A DNA stretch of 63,690 nucleotides, counting the filler. It is 20 parts of 20 records of this genome, joined end to end, with 100 filler letters (N's around TTAATTAATTAA, not from the genome) between each part and the next. Parts side by side here need not be neighbours in the genome. Positions count along the whole stretch, not along the records: positions 33,023 to 36,620 come from SRR16133337_24605; positions 36,721 to 39,340 come from SRR16133337_25104; positions 39,441 to 43,026 come from SRR16133337_25172; positions 43,127 to 45,229 come from SRR16133337_25495; positions 45,330 to 47,356 come from SRR16133337_25526; positions 47,457 to 50,320 come from SRR16133337_25662; 14 more parts are not named here. One strand, 5' to 3'. The number at the start of each line of letters is the position of its first letter. Position 1 is the first letter of the stretch. Under the pieces are notes generated by a model. It worked only from the letters and a program-made list of their open reading frames with translations, was not told the DNA's origin and did not search any database. Made by a program: the position numbers and the translations under genes. Shown piece by piece: positions 36,348 through 48,508 of the stretch.

Positions 36348-36472
36348 TAATCGGCGTGGCGGAAACAATGCGAGTAACTTTTTGCAAAGGAGAACTTTCA
36401 CCGATATCACATTGATAACTCCTGGAATGGGAGATTCCATCACAGAGGGTACCATTGCTGCGTGGTCAAAAG
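36348..36472 (+). CDS. Exon of a mitochondrial 2-oxoacid dehydrogenase E2, probably dihydrolipoamide succinyltransferase
   Basis: AG/GT-bounded exon NRRGGNNASNFLQRRTFTDITLITPGMGDSITEGTIAAWSK: an Arg-rich presequence end plus the start of a lipoyl domain (MGDSITEG). Confidence 0.7.
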
Positions 36473-36720
36473 GTAATTCTATGATTTTCATTGATTTTTC
36501 GTCATTTTTTTCAAGATGATTATTTCTGACATTGAGATTTTCTTAGTATTACCGTTTTTAAAAGAACAAAAAGCTTCATTTTTTTCTATTTTCAAGGGTG
36601 CTGGAGTCGCTTGATAGATCNNNNNNNNNNNNNNNNNNNNNNNNNNNNNNNNNNNNNNNNNNNNTTAATTAATTAANNNNNNNNNNNNNNNNNNNNNNNN
36701 NNNNNNNNNNNNNNNNNNNN

Positions 36721-36743
36721 TCAGACGTGTGCTCTTCCGATCT
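36721..36743. other. Illumina TruSeq adapter remnant
   Basis: TCAGACGTGTGCTCTTCCGATCT at the contig edge; its reverse complement gives the spurious peptide DRKSTRL. Confidence 0.97.
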
Positions 36744-37669
36744 GAGGGAGCATAGACAAAACCTTCTATAACAATCCAACGGTTGTTTTTTATATCTTCT
36801 ATTGCATAGTTCAAAAAAGGACCCGCCATAAAATCATTCAACAATTCCCATTTTCCACGAGTTTCATAGGTGGTTTTATTATTTAAAAGGATTTTAAAAA
36901 CCACAGGAGAAAAGGCTTTCTCTGTAATCATATACATATTTTCTTTACGTCCTGGAATGTATTTCTTACCAATGGTATCTCTCATTTGAGAAATTGTTGC
37001 CATTAAATCGCTTTTATCAATAGGTATTGGAACCGAATATATCAAGAGATTTGAAGAACTATCTCCTTTGGCAATACCTCCGCTAAGGTGTTGACGTAAC
37101 CACAAAAAATCTCTAGTGTCGTCTACTTTTTTAAAAAATTTAGGAATATTCATTTCGATTCCTAAATTTTCTAAGGTTTTAAAAGTTCCTTTTGCATAGG
37201 ATACTTTTCGATGAGCTTTTTGGAGGTTTTCAATATTAAAATCTTTAAATGTGGTTATCAATTCTTTTTTGTGTTTTTCCAAAGTTTCAATAATAGCTGC
37301 TTCGCTGGTTCCTGAAACCTTTACGATTTGTTGAGGCTTGGCATACAGGTTTCTTTTGGTTTGAAAAGTGTTTTCTGCTCCCAATTCAATAAGCAACACA
37401 TTTCTACTGGCCTTAAACATTTTTCCAAAGAAATTAGGAGGAACTTGTGAAATATCAAATTGGTTTTCTTCTTGTGGCATTCCTAAAACTGGATTTCCAA
37501 TAATAGCTCTTAATTTAACACCTATATCAGAACGCCATTGACTGTTTTCAATCACTAATAACAAATGATTTATACGACCATTTGAAGCAACAAAAACAGG
37601 GGTTGAGTTTCTAGATTCACAGGCAATAAGTAGCGTTATAAGACTTAAAAATAAAATGCTTTTTTTCAT
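36744..37669 (-). CDS. DUF4837-like Bacteroidota lipoprotein, 3'-truncated
   Basis: Lipobox LLIA-C; motifs GMPQEE, RDTIGKKYIPG, ETRGKW, MAGPFLNY and EGFVYAP; downstream of mltD. Confidence 0.78.
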
Positions 37670-37682
37670 AAATATAGTTTAG

Positions 37683-37716
37683 AAACCTAGTAGATTTCCT
37701 AAACCTACTAGGTTTG
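37683..37716. repeat. Intergenic palindromic REP-like element, related copy at about 2626-2652
   Basis: AAACCTAGTAG-ATTTCCTAAAC-CTACTAGGTTT forms an 11-bp stem; AAACCTACTAGGTTTG also occurs in contig 1. Confidence 0.6.
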
Positions 37717-37721
37717 AAGGT

Positions 37722-39266
37722 TTAACCGGGCGGAGTATACAAAAAAATCTTTTTTCCAGGGACAAGACTTTGAGCATCCCAAAGACCATTCCATTCTTTT
37801 ATTTGTTGAATTGTAATCTTTGGATATTTTTTAGAAATGCTCCAAAGTGAATCTCCTTTTTGAATCGTATATTCTAACTTTTCTCCTTTTGGAGTTTTTT
37901 TAGCAATGGAGGTATTTTTTTGGGTAACGGGTTTTGATACCGTAAAATTTAACCGTTTAGGATAAATTGTCAAATATTGTCCTTCTTTTAAATTCGTCGT
38001 TCGCATTCCATTCCATTTTTTAATCTCGGAAACTCGAACTCCATATCGATGAGCTATTTTACCCAAATAATCTCCACTTTTTACTTTATAACGAATCCTT
38101 TGATCCATTTCAAAATACTTTGGCAGAGGCTTTTCTCTTTGTGTTGCTGCTTCTTTTGCCAATGCGTATATCTCGGTTTCATTTTTTATAAAAGTTCCTA
38201 TATGTGATTTTGGTAAACGTACAGAATAGTTTCTCCCCTTTACAAAAGGCACGATATCCAATTTATATTCTGGGTTTAAAAATTGAAGCATTTCAATACT
38301 CACATTTAAAGTTTCACTCAATTGCTCAAAAGTTAACAATTGTTTTACCTGAATCGTATCTGTCGCAAAATGATACGTCATGGGGGCAATAGGATAGATT
38401 TTATGCTCTTTAGCATATTCAAAAAGATACATCGTTGCATAAAACGCAGGTAAATAACTCGCGGTTTCAAGAGGTAAAAATGGACGAATATTCCAATAAT
38501 TACGATGCCCTCCAGATCTTCTAATGGCTTTTGAAACATTTCCAGGTCCTGAGTTGTAAGCAGCCAACGCCAAATCCCAATCATGGAACGTTTTATACAA
38601 ACTTTCTAAGTATTTACAAGCGGCATCTACGGATTTAATAGGATCTTGACGTTCATCTACATAAGAGCTTATGTTCAATCCAAACTGCTTTCCAGTCTGA
38701 TACATAAACTGCCAGATTCCTGTAGCTCCCATCTTTGATTTTGCCCTGGGGTTTAAGGAAGATTCTACAACTGCCAAATATTTTATTTCTAAAGGAATGT
38801 CATATTTATCCAAATGAGCTTCAAACATTGGAAAATAATACAAAGCTCTTGCCATCATTTTTGGATAGTATTTACTTCTTGTTTTTAGATAAGTTTTTAT
38901 CAGCCGTTCCAATATTGGATTGTATTCTAAGTGAAAGGGAGTTTGTTCATTTAAGATTTTCAGTCGTTCTTTTAACAAGGGGGTAGACAATTTTACATTT
39001 TCCACAGAAACTTCATTTTCAATAGAATCTAATATCCCTTGAAAGTTTTCAAACAGCGGAGAGTTATACATCGTTTCTATCCACAAACTGTCTACTTGTA
39101 CAGAATAATCTACCTCTTTTTTTTGGGCAATACTATCGAGCTTACTTGTAGATATTTCTAAAGAATCTGAAGCTATAAGGGTTGAATCCAATTGCTTTTC
39201 TTGTGAGTTTACAAGACCAATAATCAAGTTAAAAAAAAGAAGCGTATAGGAGGTATTGTTTGCCAT
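37722..39266 (-). CDS. mltD: Lytic murein transglycosylase D-like protein (SLT domain + LysM domains)
   Basis: Motifs YLAVVES, GATGIWQFM, DERQDP and LAAYNSGPG; two clear LysM repeats (YKVKSGDYLGKIA, YTIQKGDSLWSIS). Confidence 0.9.
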   Translation of the reverse strand: MANNTSYTLLFFNLIIGLVNSQEKQLDSTLIASDSLEISTSKLDSIAQKKEVDYSVQVDSLWIETMYNSPLFENFQGILDSIENEVSVENVKLSTPLLKERLKILNEQTPFHLEYNPILERLIKTYLKTRSKYYPKMMARALYYFPMFEAHLDKYDIPLEIKYLAVVESSLNPRAKSKMGATGIWQFMYQTGKQFGLNISSYVDERQDPIKSVDAACKYLESLYKTFHDWDLALAAYNSGPGNVSKAIRRSGGHRNYWNIRPFLPLETASYLPAFYATMYLFEYAKEHKIYPIAPMTYHFATDTIQVKQLLTFEQLSETLNVSIEMLQFLNPEYKLDIVPFVKGRNYSVRLPKSHIGTFIKNETEIYALAKEAATQREKPLPKYFEMDQRIRYKVKSGDYLGKIAHRYGVRVSEIKKWNGMRTTNLKEGQYLTIYPKRLNFTVSKPVTQKNTSIAKKTPKGEKLEYTIQKGDSLWSISKKYPKITIQQIKEWNGLWDAQSLVPGKKIFLYTPPG

Positions 39267-39769
39267 TTATAAATTCTCAATTGAAATCAGTTAAATTTTA
39301 TATTTACTTGTACTCCGCTCCCTTAGAAACCCGAAAATTTNNNNNNNNNNNNNNNNNNNNNNNNNNNNNNNNNNNNNNNNNNNNTTAATTAATTAANNNN
39401 NNNNNNNNNNNNNNNNNNNNNNNNNNNNNNNNNNNNNNNNACTTTATTTCGCAATTGGTTTCTCCAGCTCACAGCAAGAGTGTTCACACGTTTTTCAAGA
39501 TTATTGTGACAATTTGAACCAATGCAAAAACACACACCTCTTTCACAGACTGAGTTATCTCGTTCACTTTAGCTGCGCACGACAACTTTTTGACACCTTG
39601 ATTTTGAAGTCCCTTCTTACCGTTGAGGAAGAAATCTTGGCGATTGCTTCTTGGGGCTTTTTTTGTCTTTTTGTTTGTGACAAAATTCATTTTTACACGA
39701 AAGAGACGGCTATTTTTCTCTTTTCAGCAAAGTTGATCAAAAATTATTCATCAGTTTTTGTTTTTTTAG

Positions 39770-42697
39770 GTTTGGATCACAATATCTAGTAAACCTTGTC
39801 ATTGTGGATGACGGTCAAATGACGACAAGTGATTTCTGCCTTGAAAAATTGGGTTTCATTGACGGTGTTATTTACCACGATGAAAATGATAATGGTGGAT
39901 TTGATAACGGCGAGCCCACGTTCTCCAATATTACTGTGACAATATGGAAGGACAATGCGAGCGCAGGGAGTGTGGGATCCTTCGATGGGAGTATGTACTG
40001 GTCATACAGTGTATTTCAGGGTAACGCCCCCCGCTCAAATCGGTTTTCACTTTTTTGGGGTGCGGTTACCAGAGTGCTGTGTGTGTGGAGGGGGGGTTAC
40101 CTGTTTTTAAAGTACCCCAAAAGTCCGGAGCCGGCAAAGTGTGAATTTTTTTTTACGTCCGAGTTCATTTTTTGTACACTTTAACATCTAAACTTTATGT
40201 CCGAGAAGGAAAGTCCGAAAAAACTTAATTTTTTTCCGGACTTTACAACCATTTTTACAAAAGGTTTTTTTTTACCAGTTTTGTGAGTTTGTCTGAAACC
40301 ACGTATTAAAAATTCAAAAGGAGATGTCTCTAGCTCGAGAGATTACAGTACAGGGAATATCAGAGTGAAGTACACACACACACCATAGTGAAGTACACGC
40401 CCCTCGGATTTCGGTGGTCAACCGAGAGTGTGAGGGTGGGGAGGGTAAGGTGGGTGAAATGTAAGCATATTTGCATGGAAACGTTGAATTTTTCGGACTT
40501 TCGGACTTTCAGATGGCAACACATCATGGGAGGGGGATGTTACAATGATTTTAGGTGAAATTTGGAGAAGTTAGGGGGAGGGGGTACTTTACTCTGATTT
40601 TTTGGTCAGGCCAAAAAAATGGCCGAACTCAAAAAAAGTACCCTCCACTCCCCCTCTCCTTGTAAAGTACCACACACTATAGTAAAGTACATTCCCCTTC
40701 GGATTTCGGGTCTGAACCTATGTTAGAGGGTGTGTGGGGTGGGAGGATGGTGGTACTTTACTCTGATATTCCCTGTAGACTCGTACTGTTCAGGAGAGAT
40801 TTATTGAACCACTGGTGCTTTTTGGCTCTAACTTTCTAGTGTATGCTCACAAAGTCACCAACCTTGGAACGAAGTAGCAGCAAACATTTCTCCATGTGTT
40901 TCATCAAAATTTTGCTTTCCAACCCTCGTTGTTGTGTCATAACGGAAGAAAAATTGCGATTTCTATTCTCCGAGATTGGAGAACATCTGGACGACGTGAG
41001 TTGCATTTTTCCAGTGCAAGTAAAAATCTAAGTTTCATTGAGGGAATTTTTGCATACGAATTTTTGTTGGCTCTCTGGATGCAGATATGTTGCGAACAGG
41101 TGGTTTTTGTGCATGTTTTGGGTGTTTTTTCGTGCCTTATGTCTCTCAAATGACAAGTTGCAGATGGAAGTAAAACTCAGAAATTACATCCAGGCAATTG
41201 TTTCAAAATCTGTTAGAGTGGCTTTGGGACTCAAAAATTTTTCACCTTGTCAGTTTGAATCAAAAAATTTTTGGCTTGTTGAATAAATCTCTTCTGGACA
41301 GTACAGACCATACATATTATAACCCCCACACCCATCCCACCCCCTCTCTCCACACTCTAGACTTCAAATCGTAAGTACTCTAGACATGATTTGAAAAAAC
41401 CCAAGTACTCCCCTCCATGGTTTCTTAAAAGAGGGTGGTGGGGATTTATTAGAGCGTAGTGGGGGTGGGGGGTTATAATATGATATGGCCTGTAGTTAGT
41501 GCAAAACCGTCATGCACATCTTGGAGTCCTCAGCCCAAAGTTAGGAGTGTCCTCAGCTCGAAGGGTTTTGACGACTAAAAATGTGATGTTTTGAATTTTA
41601 AGTTGATTCTTTGGCTAGAGAGATTATGGCATGCGAGTTTCCAGGTTTCCGCAAAATATGCGGGGAAGAAATGAGTCTCACTTCACTTGTATGAAACTCA
41701 AAAAGCTGAAAACCTTATTCTTCAGCGAAACACAACACAAACACACACAGCAAACGCCACACAACACATAGTCCTTACACTACAAAAATCCGCACAACAG
41801 AGTTTGCTCTATATCACATACGCTTCGCGCTTTTGGCTTCTCTAAGCATGATTGCCACAATTATTGTGTCTCAGCGCTTTTAAACATGCCAGCCCAGCCG
41901 TCTGCCCGGAGTTTGGTACCAAATTACAAACTACAGATTTGTTTGTGAACAAAAACTTTCGAATTAGATCTCAAAAAACGATACATAGACTGCTACAAGC
42001 AAAATAATCCGCACTGTCAGGCTTGTGTGACTGACACAGAATTTCCCAAGATAGTAATAGTTGGAGTACTGTCTTTGAATATTGCATTTAGCGCATGTGT
42101 GAAACTTTCGACCGACAGAATTGCAGTGGCTACAACACACCACCAATGAGGTCACTGAACACATTTCTATGTTTGGTTGGTATTTGAAGGCCAGTGAGTG
42201 AAAAATACGAAGCATTATTGCTAAAAATTGGCAAACATTCTTTACTACTGAGTTCATTCTTCGAATAGTGCCTTACAAATCTAATTTGTTGTAGAAAAAT
42301 GTATTAGCGCAGGAAAGGGTAAAATGAGTGGAAACACTTCAATGTAGTTCCTCTGTTTTTGAGGTTAAGTGTTGTATTTGGAGACGCTGGGTGGAAGGTG
42401 GATCTGGGTTTTACCACGAAATAGACATGATAATTTTTTTTAAAAAGATCTGTGTAAAATTTCCTTCAGGTGACACAGTGGAGGCTTCTCTAACAACAGA
42501 TGTACAAGGATTTTATTCCGCATCTGGTATTAAAATCGGTGGTTACTATTTTGTGGATGTCATCCTACAAGAGGGAGATAATGAGGATATTTTGACTGGA
42601 TTTGACACCATTGGAACTTTGCCAGAAGTTGTTAATGCAGATGTGTACACGCCTGGAGATACAATTACCTCAAATATTGGTTATGAAGTTATAACAG
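39770..42697 (+). CDS. Spliced eukaryotic gene fragment with SdrD-B/Cna-B-like repeats (exons 39770-39990 and 42470-42697)
   Basis: A phase-1 intron at 39991-42469 joins GFIDGVIYHDENDNGGFDNGEPTFSNITVTIWKD...SFDG to SDTVEASLTTDVQGFYSASGIKIGGYYFV; a further exon from 42742 begins ASTVSGIVFH. Confidence 0.7.
40351..40775. mobile_element. MITE A (425 bp), TA-flanked, Tc1/mariner-type ends
   Basis: TIR CAGGGAATATCAGAGT(G/A)AAGTAC, 22/23 match; TA at 40349-40350 and 40776-40777; internal AAGTAC-containing direct repeats. Confidence 0.85.
40786..41301. mobile_element. MITE B (516 bp), TA-flanked
   Basis: Left end CTGTTCAGGAGAGATTTATTGAAC versus right-end reverse complement CTGTCCAGAAGAGATTTATTCAAC, 21/24 match; TA at 40784-40785 and 41302-41303. 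Confidence 0.75.
41304..41492. mobile_element. MITE C (189 bp), TA-flanked
   Basis: Left end CAGACCATA-CATATTATAACCCCC versus right-end reverse complement CAGGCCATATCATATTATAACCCCC; TA at 41302-41303 and 41493-41494. Confidence 0.8.
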
Positions 42698-43277
42698 GTA
42701 AAATTGTTGTTGAACGGAACTATCTTCCTTCACTACTGTAGCTAGCACAGTATCAGGAATTGTTTTTCACGTCATTTTGTGTTGGCACAGGGAGTGTCAA
42801 AAATCGCCATCCGAACAGGCTTGTCAAAATCAGGTGAGTGTTATTAATTAAATGTTGTTAGAACGAGAATGGTTTTTGCCCACCCGGAGATCAACCATGC
42901 GCATTTGGTCTATTCTTTTCGGAGTCTTTTGTGAAAATGCACTCATTGTGATACATTTCTGGAGTTAATTTCCATATCTTTCTCTGCTCATTTTTCGCAC
43001 ACTAACGACACCCTTTCAAATCTTTTNNNNNNNNNNNNNNNNNNNNNNNNNNNNNNNNNNNNNNNNNNNNTTAATTAATTAANNNNNNNNNNNNNNNNNN
43101 NNNNNNNNNNNNNNNNNNNNNNNNNNGCAATGTGTAAAACTAGAATTCACAATTTTCATTTAATTTCGAAGAAACAGTCAAATGTGTTACATAAAAAAGG
43201 TTAACGGACACCAAATTAACAAAAGCAGTTTCAAAACTTCCACAGCCTCTCACACGTTGAAGTGTAAATATACATAC

Positions 43278-44614
43278 TTCATCTTTTTTCCTTTCCGGAA
43301 CAACTATTGGGTTGTCGGTTGCTTCTCTTATACACAATTTCAATTTGGAACAGATCTTACCGACTGTGTCCAAGCACATGAAACGAACTAAAAAATAAGA
43401 AAAATAAATAAATGAACTGCTCACAAAAAGTCATTTTTTTTAAAAAAAACTTATGTTTCGAATTTGTAGCGTAAATGCGGAAAAACAACCACACAAAATT
43501 CTTTATGTTTCGAATTTGTAACGTAAATGTGGAGCTTTTGCAACTGGCGACTTTCAAGATTCGCTAAGTCAAAACAATCATTCAAGTCAAAAAGTGTATA
43601 TGAACCATATCAAGGAATAACATCACACTCCCTGCTCATTCAGAAAACCACCATTTCGAAAAATTTGAAGCACAACTTCGGCAATAGATTTTGATGTGGT
43701 TATTGCACCACTAAAAGTTTAAAAGAAATGGAAAGGGTAGTAAAACGTCACATTTGGCACAGAAAAGTTTTGACATTTGTTTTCGTGTTTTCGCTGTTCT
43801 CTGCCTAACAGTTTCTTTTTAACAAAATCTTTACCAGTGTTCCCACCTCCCTCACACCACACCCCACACATACCACTCCCCCAGTTTTCTCCACAGCTCA
43901 AAAACTTTGGCCACTCAAATTGGTTTGAGCAAAATAGTCAAAAAAGCCTTTTCGCCCCCGCGTGCGAAAAATATACATTAAAACTACATATTGAACACAA
44001 TTTCGCGCTGACGGAAGATATGAAAAAACAATGAATGAACTTTAGTTTTTTTCGCACACTTATTGTAAAATTAAACTATATGGCTCGTCAACATTTATTG
44101 TTGCAAACAAAACCCACGGCGTTGTAAAGTTCTTCTTCGAGGTGAAAGGAAGCCCGGAAAAATATTTATACTTAACTTATTTTTGGAGTGTTGTGAACAT
44201 ATATGCATACGTCACTTCATATTTTTGAGCAGTGGGATTTTTGCCATTGCTCAAAACATTTCGTCACTAAACCCCACACCCACACACCATCAATCGACCC
44301 ACTGATTATATACAAAAGGCAAATTAAAGATCTTGCGTGCTAAATTGGACTAGCATGTTTGACAACTCACCTGATTTTTCTTCGTGTTGTGAAATATGCC
44401 CCTTCAAAACAAAAACGAGATAGTATATAATCGATTCAGCGGCAGGCCACTCAGGAAGAAACAAAACAGACAACAAATCTTGCACAAAATCCTTCAACAG
44501 GTCCTTTTTAACACCGGATGGACTCCGAATTATATTATCCATAAAACGTTTCACAAAAGCGTGAGCTTGTCTTGGTGATGTCACATAAGGTTCAACAAGC
44601 GTCTTTTTAAAAAT
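43278..44614 (-). CDS. NIPBL: Cohesin loader NIPBL/Scc2, internal exons 44371-44614 and 43278-43387
   Basis: In-phase splice gives DFVQDLLSVLFLPEWPAAESIIYYLVFVLKGHISQHEEKSVRFMCLDTVGKICSKLK, matching the FVQDLL...PEWPAAE...R...LD..G motif of NIPBL/Scc2. Confidence 0.82.
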
Positions 44615-45672
44615 CTAAACAGCACAAAAATACAACAATCCCTTTTGGCACATGTTTTTTGGGGTTTTAAAGAATCACCCGTGCTACTGTTTTCTTCGCC
44701 AACTATTTTTGTCGTAACATACAATGTGCAAAGAGGAAAAACACACTTAGTTGAAACAAATTGCAGTATCAACAAAAAAGTCTTCAGCATGCCGCCCTTG
44801 TTTTGGAAATTGTAAGACAAATAGACATGTATGACATTTAGCACAAATGAAATTTTCAATGTATTTCAAAAAAACATGTTGCTTGCTTGAAGAAATTAAT
44901 ATTTTAGCAGATATATTAACTGTAAATTAAAAAAAGAAACATAAGATATACGCACATTTAATTTCCAAACAAGGCAGGTTAAATGTCCTTTTTGTCGTAA
45001 ACGTGCACATTTTCAGTGTGTTTTTTGGAGCATAAAATATTTTTTCACATCTTTTGGTATATTGCTAGTGCATTTTTAGGAAAAAGGACAAGACACGGGT
45101 AGAGTTGTCACTGAATGCAAGCAACAGATACCACTACCGTACAGTACCGAAATGGAAACTTTTTTTTACTGTATGTCATTTTCGTGACTTTATTTTGCGT
45201 GTTCGCTTCTGTGGGAATTCAAGTGAGAANNNNNNNNNNNNNNNNNNNNNNNNNNNNNNNNNNNNNNNNNNNNTTAATTAATTAANNNNNNNNNNNNNNN
45301 NNNNNNNNNNNNNNNNNNNNNNNNNNNNNAAACAAAAATAGTTTAACCGAACTTAGATGAATGTCGTTTAAAAATGCAATACAGCGGGCGCAGCGCACAA
45401 TTTCTTCAAAAGTTGTATTCCATATTTCCAAAAAATAAGGAACAAATTGTGGAATCGGTCCACCGCAAACTCAAAAAATCGGGGTACTCAGGCCTTCACC
45501 AAGCGCAAAATATTTGGGATAGTTTGCCCACCCCAAACTTATAATTTTGGGGTACTCAAGCCCCCTCAAAAATTTGATTTGGGGTACCGTTACCCCTCGT
45601 TCCCCTCAATTGGAGCAAGGATACCAAACCAAATTAAATACAGTCCGGTCAGCTTACTCGTTAGATTCTTAC

Positions 45673-45865
45673 CTGAGGAACAGGCATGAAGAAAGACGAT
45701 CAACGTGTACACGAAACTCACCTCAAAATCAAATATTGTTGTATCTACAAATTTCAAGATTACTGGCTCTTCCTTGCCTTCATTAATCCATGTGGCAGAA
45801 CAAATTTTACTGTTCTCGCCCTTTCTTATAAGTTCGATCTTATCCAAAGTACATTTGTCAATACA
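45673..45865 (-). CDS. Exon resembling a degenerate protein-kinase N-lobe
   Basis: IELIRKGENSKICSATW...EPVILKF...FDFEV resembles subdomains I-III, but the Gly-rich loop is eroded. Confidence 0.45.
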
Positions 45866-48508
45866 CTACAAAACACAAGAGAAGTCAATCGTTTAGCGGC
45901 ACTCATCTCATTCATCCAGTGTGTGAATAAGCTTTAAATAATTTCAGTGAATCAACTAGATTTACTACGTAGGTATATTCCAATGTCATGTATGCGATTT
46001 TTTTTTACCTGAAGACTTCACACACCAATGGCCAAAAGTTTTAATTTGCAATGGCGGGAAGTATATTTGAAAATAGCGCTACTTTTTTTAATGAATAATT
46101 TCATCACATGGTGGATGCAAAAAACGTAAAATTTTCAAAATTTACATAAGACACTTGCTACACCGCTTTGCTCAAATGCAAATATGAACAAAACTCAATC
46201 ATGTTGAAACCCTCACAAGTTTTTAAAAAACACTAACATGGGAAAACTCCGACGAGTGAAAAATGTAAAATTGTGACAAATGTAAAATGTTACGCATATA
46301 ATATTCAAATGTGTACGAAATTCACACGCACATACACACCCACACAGAGAGAGATAATAACTTGGGGTGTTTAAACTTTCGATTCTATTAAACAAACTAA
46401 TCTCAAAGAATTTTTCAATAAACAAATACTCCTGCATGTGAATTAAACATAAGAACAAATACTCCATGTCCTGAACAATGGTATCATGTTCTGCCTTAGG
46501 CAGGTGTTATCTATCCCTCCTCCCATCCCACTGAAAAGGAGCAAAGCTTCCTACCACGAGGGTTTGCTCACGTTCAATAGCTTCAGGGAGGACTGCCGTA
46601 TTTATTTTATTGCAGACAAGTTTGTCAGACTTTTCAAGTACTTCAACACATTTAAATCAGACAGGAGCTGACTTGTGTGTTACTTTGTTGCACTCATAAC
46701 AAACTTTCTATTAAATAAAATACAATACTTTTCATTTTCAGGAAGTTTAATTCATCGCGAGTGAAAAACATATTTCTGAAAAAAGCAACAACGTACCCGG
46801 ATTGTATGCACTTGGACAATCTCCATTTGACAGGAGGAGTGCCCTTCCGCACATTTTGCTTCACATCCATCGTCACCCTCATTTTCGCTCACACGCTGAG
46901 TATTCCCTTCGCATTTCACTTCCTAAGAAAAACATACGCTTGTTGTCGTGCTTATTCTGATATTTTTGCCAAAACATAATTAACCCAAGTTTAAATTCGC
47001 ACCTCACAGAAAACCTCATTGTAAACGGTTTCTTTAAATAAATATGAAATGTTCACAAAAACAATTAATTCCCCAAAGAGACTACCTGCATTCCACTGCC
47101 CGTGTGTACTTCATAAATTCCAGGTTTTTTAGACATTTTGGCGTGATTAATTAATCGTGATTTGTTAAAGCAGCAATCGCTTGATTTCTTCCCATGGGTG
47201 TATTGATTTAAATATCAAACCTAAAAACACATGAAAAATAATGCATGGCTTTATATTGCCACGTGAAACATGTCACGTAAAACTTTGTTAGAACAGAGAA
47301 CAATAAGTTAAGGTGGTAAATCTATCTCCATTTTTCAAAACCTACCTTTCAGTAAANNNNNNNNNNNNNNNNNNNNNNNNNNNNNNNNNNNNNNNNNNNN
47401 TTAATTAATTAANNNNNNNNNNNNNNNNNNNNNNNNNNNNNNNNNNNNNNNNNNNNCACAGGTAAATATCCGATTTTTTCTAGGGGTGGTAAATTACCCC
47501 CGATGCTGAAGCCGTGGGGGGGTAAAACTCAGAATTGAATTTTACCTAGTGCTTAATCACTACCAAAAAAAATTTCGCTGGCGCGTGAAAGACTGATTTC
47601 CAAAATTCAAATTAGACAGGGCTACTTTACTCTCGGAAACCAATGCCAGGATGACCGCCGCTTCAACGAATCCCGAGTCGAGTCCATCCTGTTGAGAAAC
47701 CTGTCAGTACCGCGTCGCTGTTGTAAAATGACTTTTGCTGGTGTCGGCAACCCAAAATCGTTGTCTTGAATGCCCGACGAATTTGGCACACATTCAAGAC
47801 AGAGTCTCAAACACGGCAAACCAACCACAAACTAATCTAGCCGTGTTGCACGAGCGCAGGGGTGATAGTTTCCCACTCAACTGGGACAAAGAAACTCCAA
47901 AACCTCGTCCTGATGGTACCCATCTTCCCTGGTTATTGCAGCTCAAGTCTCAAACCAGCAAGCCCCAAGTTGGAGGCAAACTGTTGAAAGCCTTGTAATG
48001 TGTGTTGTACGAATCTGCCAAATTTTCTCTTGGCAAGAACCTTCAATCGGACGAACAACCTCTTTTTGCTGTATCGTTCATTCTCAACAAACGTGGCTTT
48101 CTTGGACGATATTGCAGCCCAAATACAAAAACTGTCCCAGCCCAGATGAGCACATGTGTTTCTTGGTGGCGTTGCTCAGTCTTAAGCCAATGAGTTTCAC
48201 ATTGAATCCAACCCACTGGGAAACTTTACGGTGTGAGCTGAAGTGACACCGTCACATTTTTAATGAACTCGCGCAGATGATGGATGTTTTGTCTTGAATG
48301 TCCAACGTATTCTACACATTCAAGACAGACTCAGCAGCATGTCCAACAAACAGCAAACCGACCAAAACTTTTTGCTGCATAAGTATGGGAATACCTTAAT
48401 CTAACAAAGTTGTTTTATTTGAACGACATTTACTTTACCAATCGATTACAAGAACGCATAGCTCCATCACCATCAAACACAAAAACTCAGGTTGCTTCAA
48501 CTTTATTC

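Noticed and set aside
36721-36743. C-terminal DRKSTRL extension of the DUF4837-like protein
   Set aside because: It is translated Illumina adapter, not genomic sequence.
41964-42257. Cys-rich antisense ORF (CSHC...CAKC) as a MYND-type finger nested in the intron
   Set aside because: The second half of the ligand set is missing and I could not build a supported splice model.
43451-43533. Two 31-bp direct repeats (2 mismatches) with a 21-bp spacer as a mini-CRISPR
   Set aside because: Only two copies, inside a eukaryotic NIPBL intron, with no cas genes; a local duplication.
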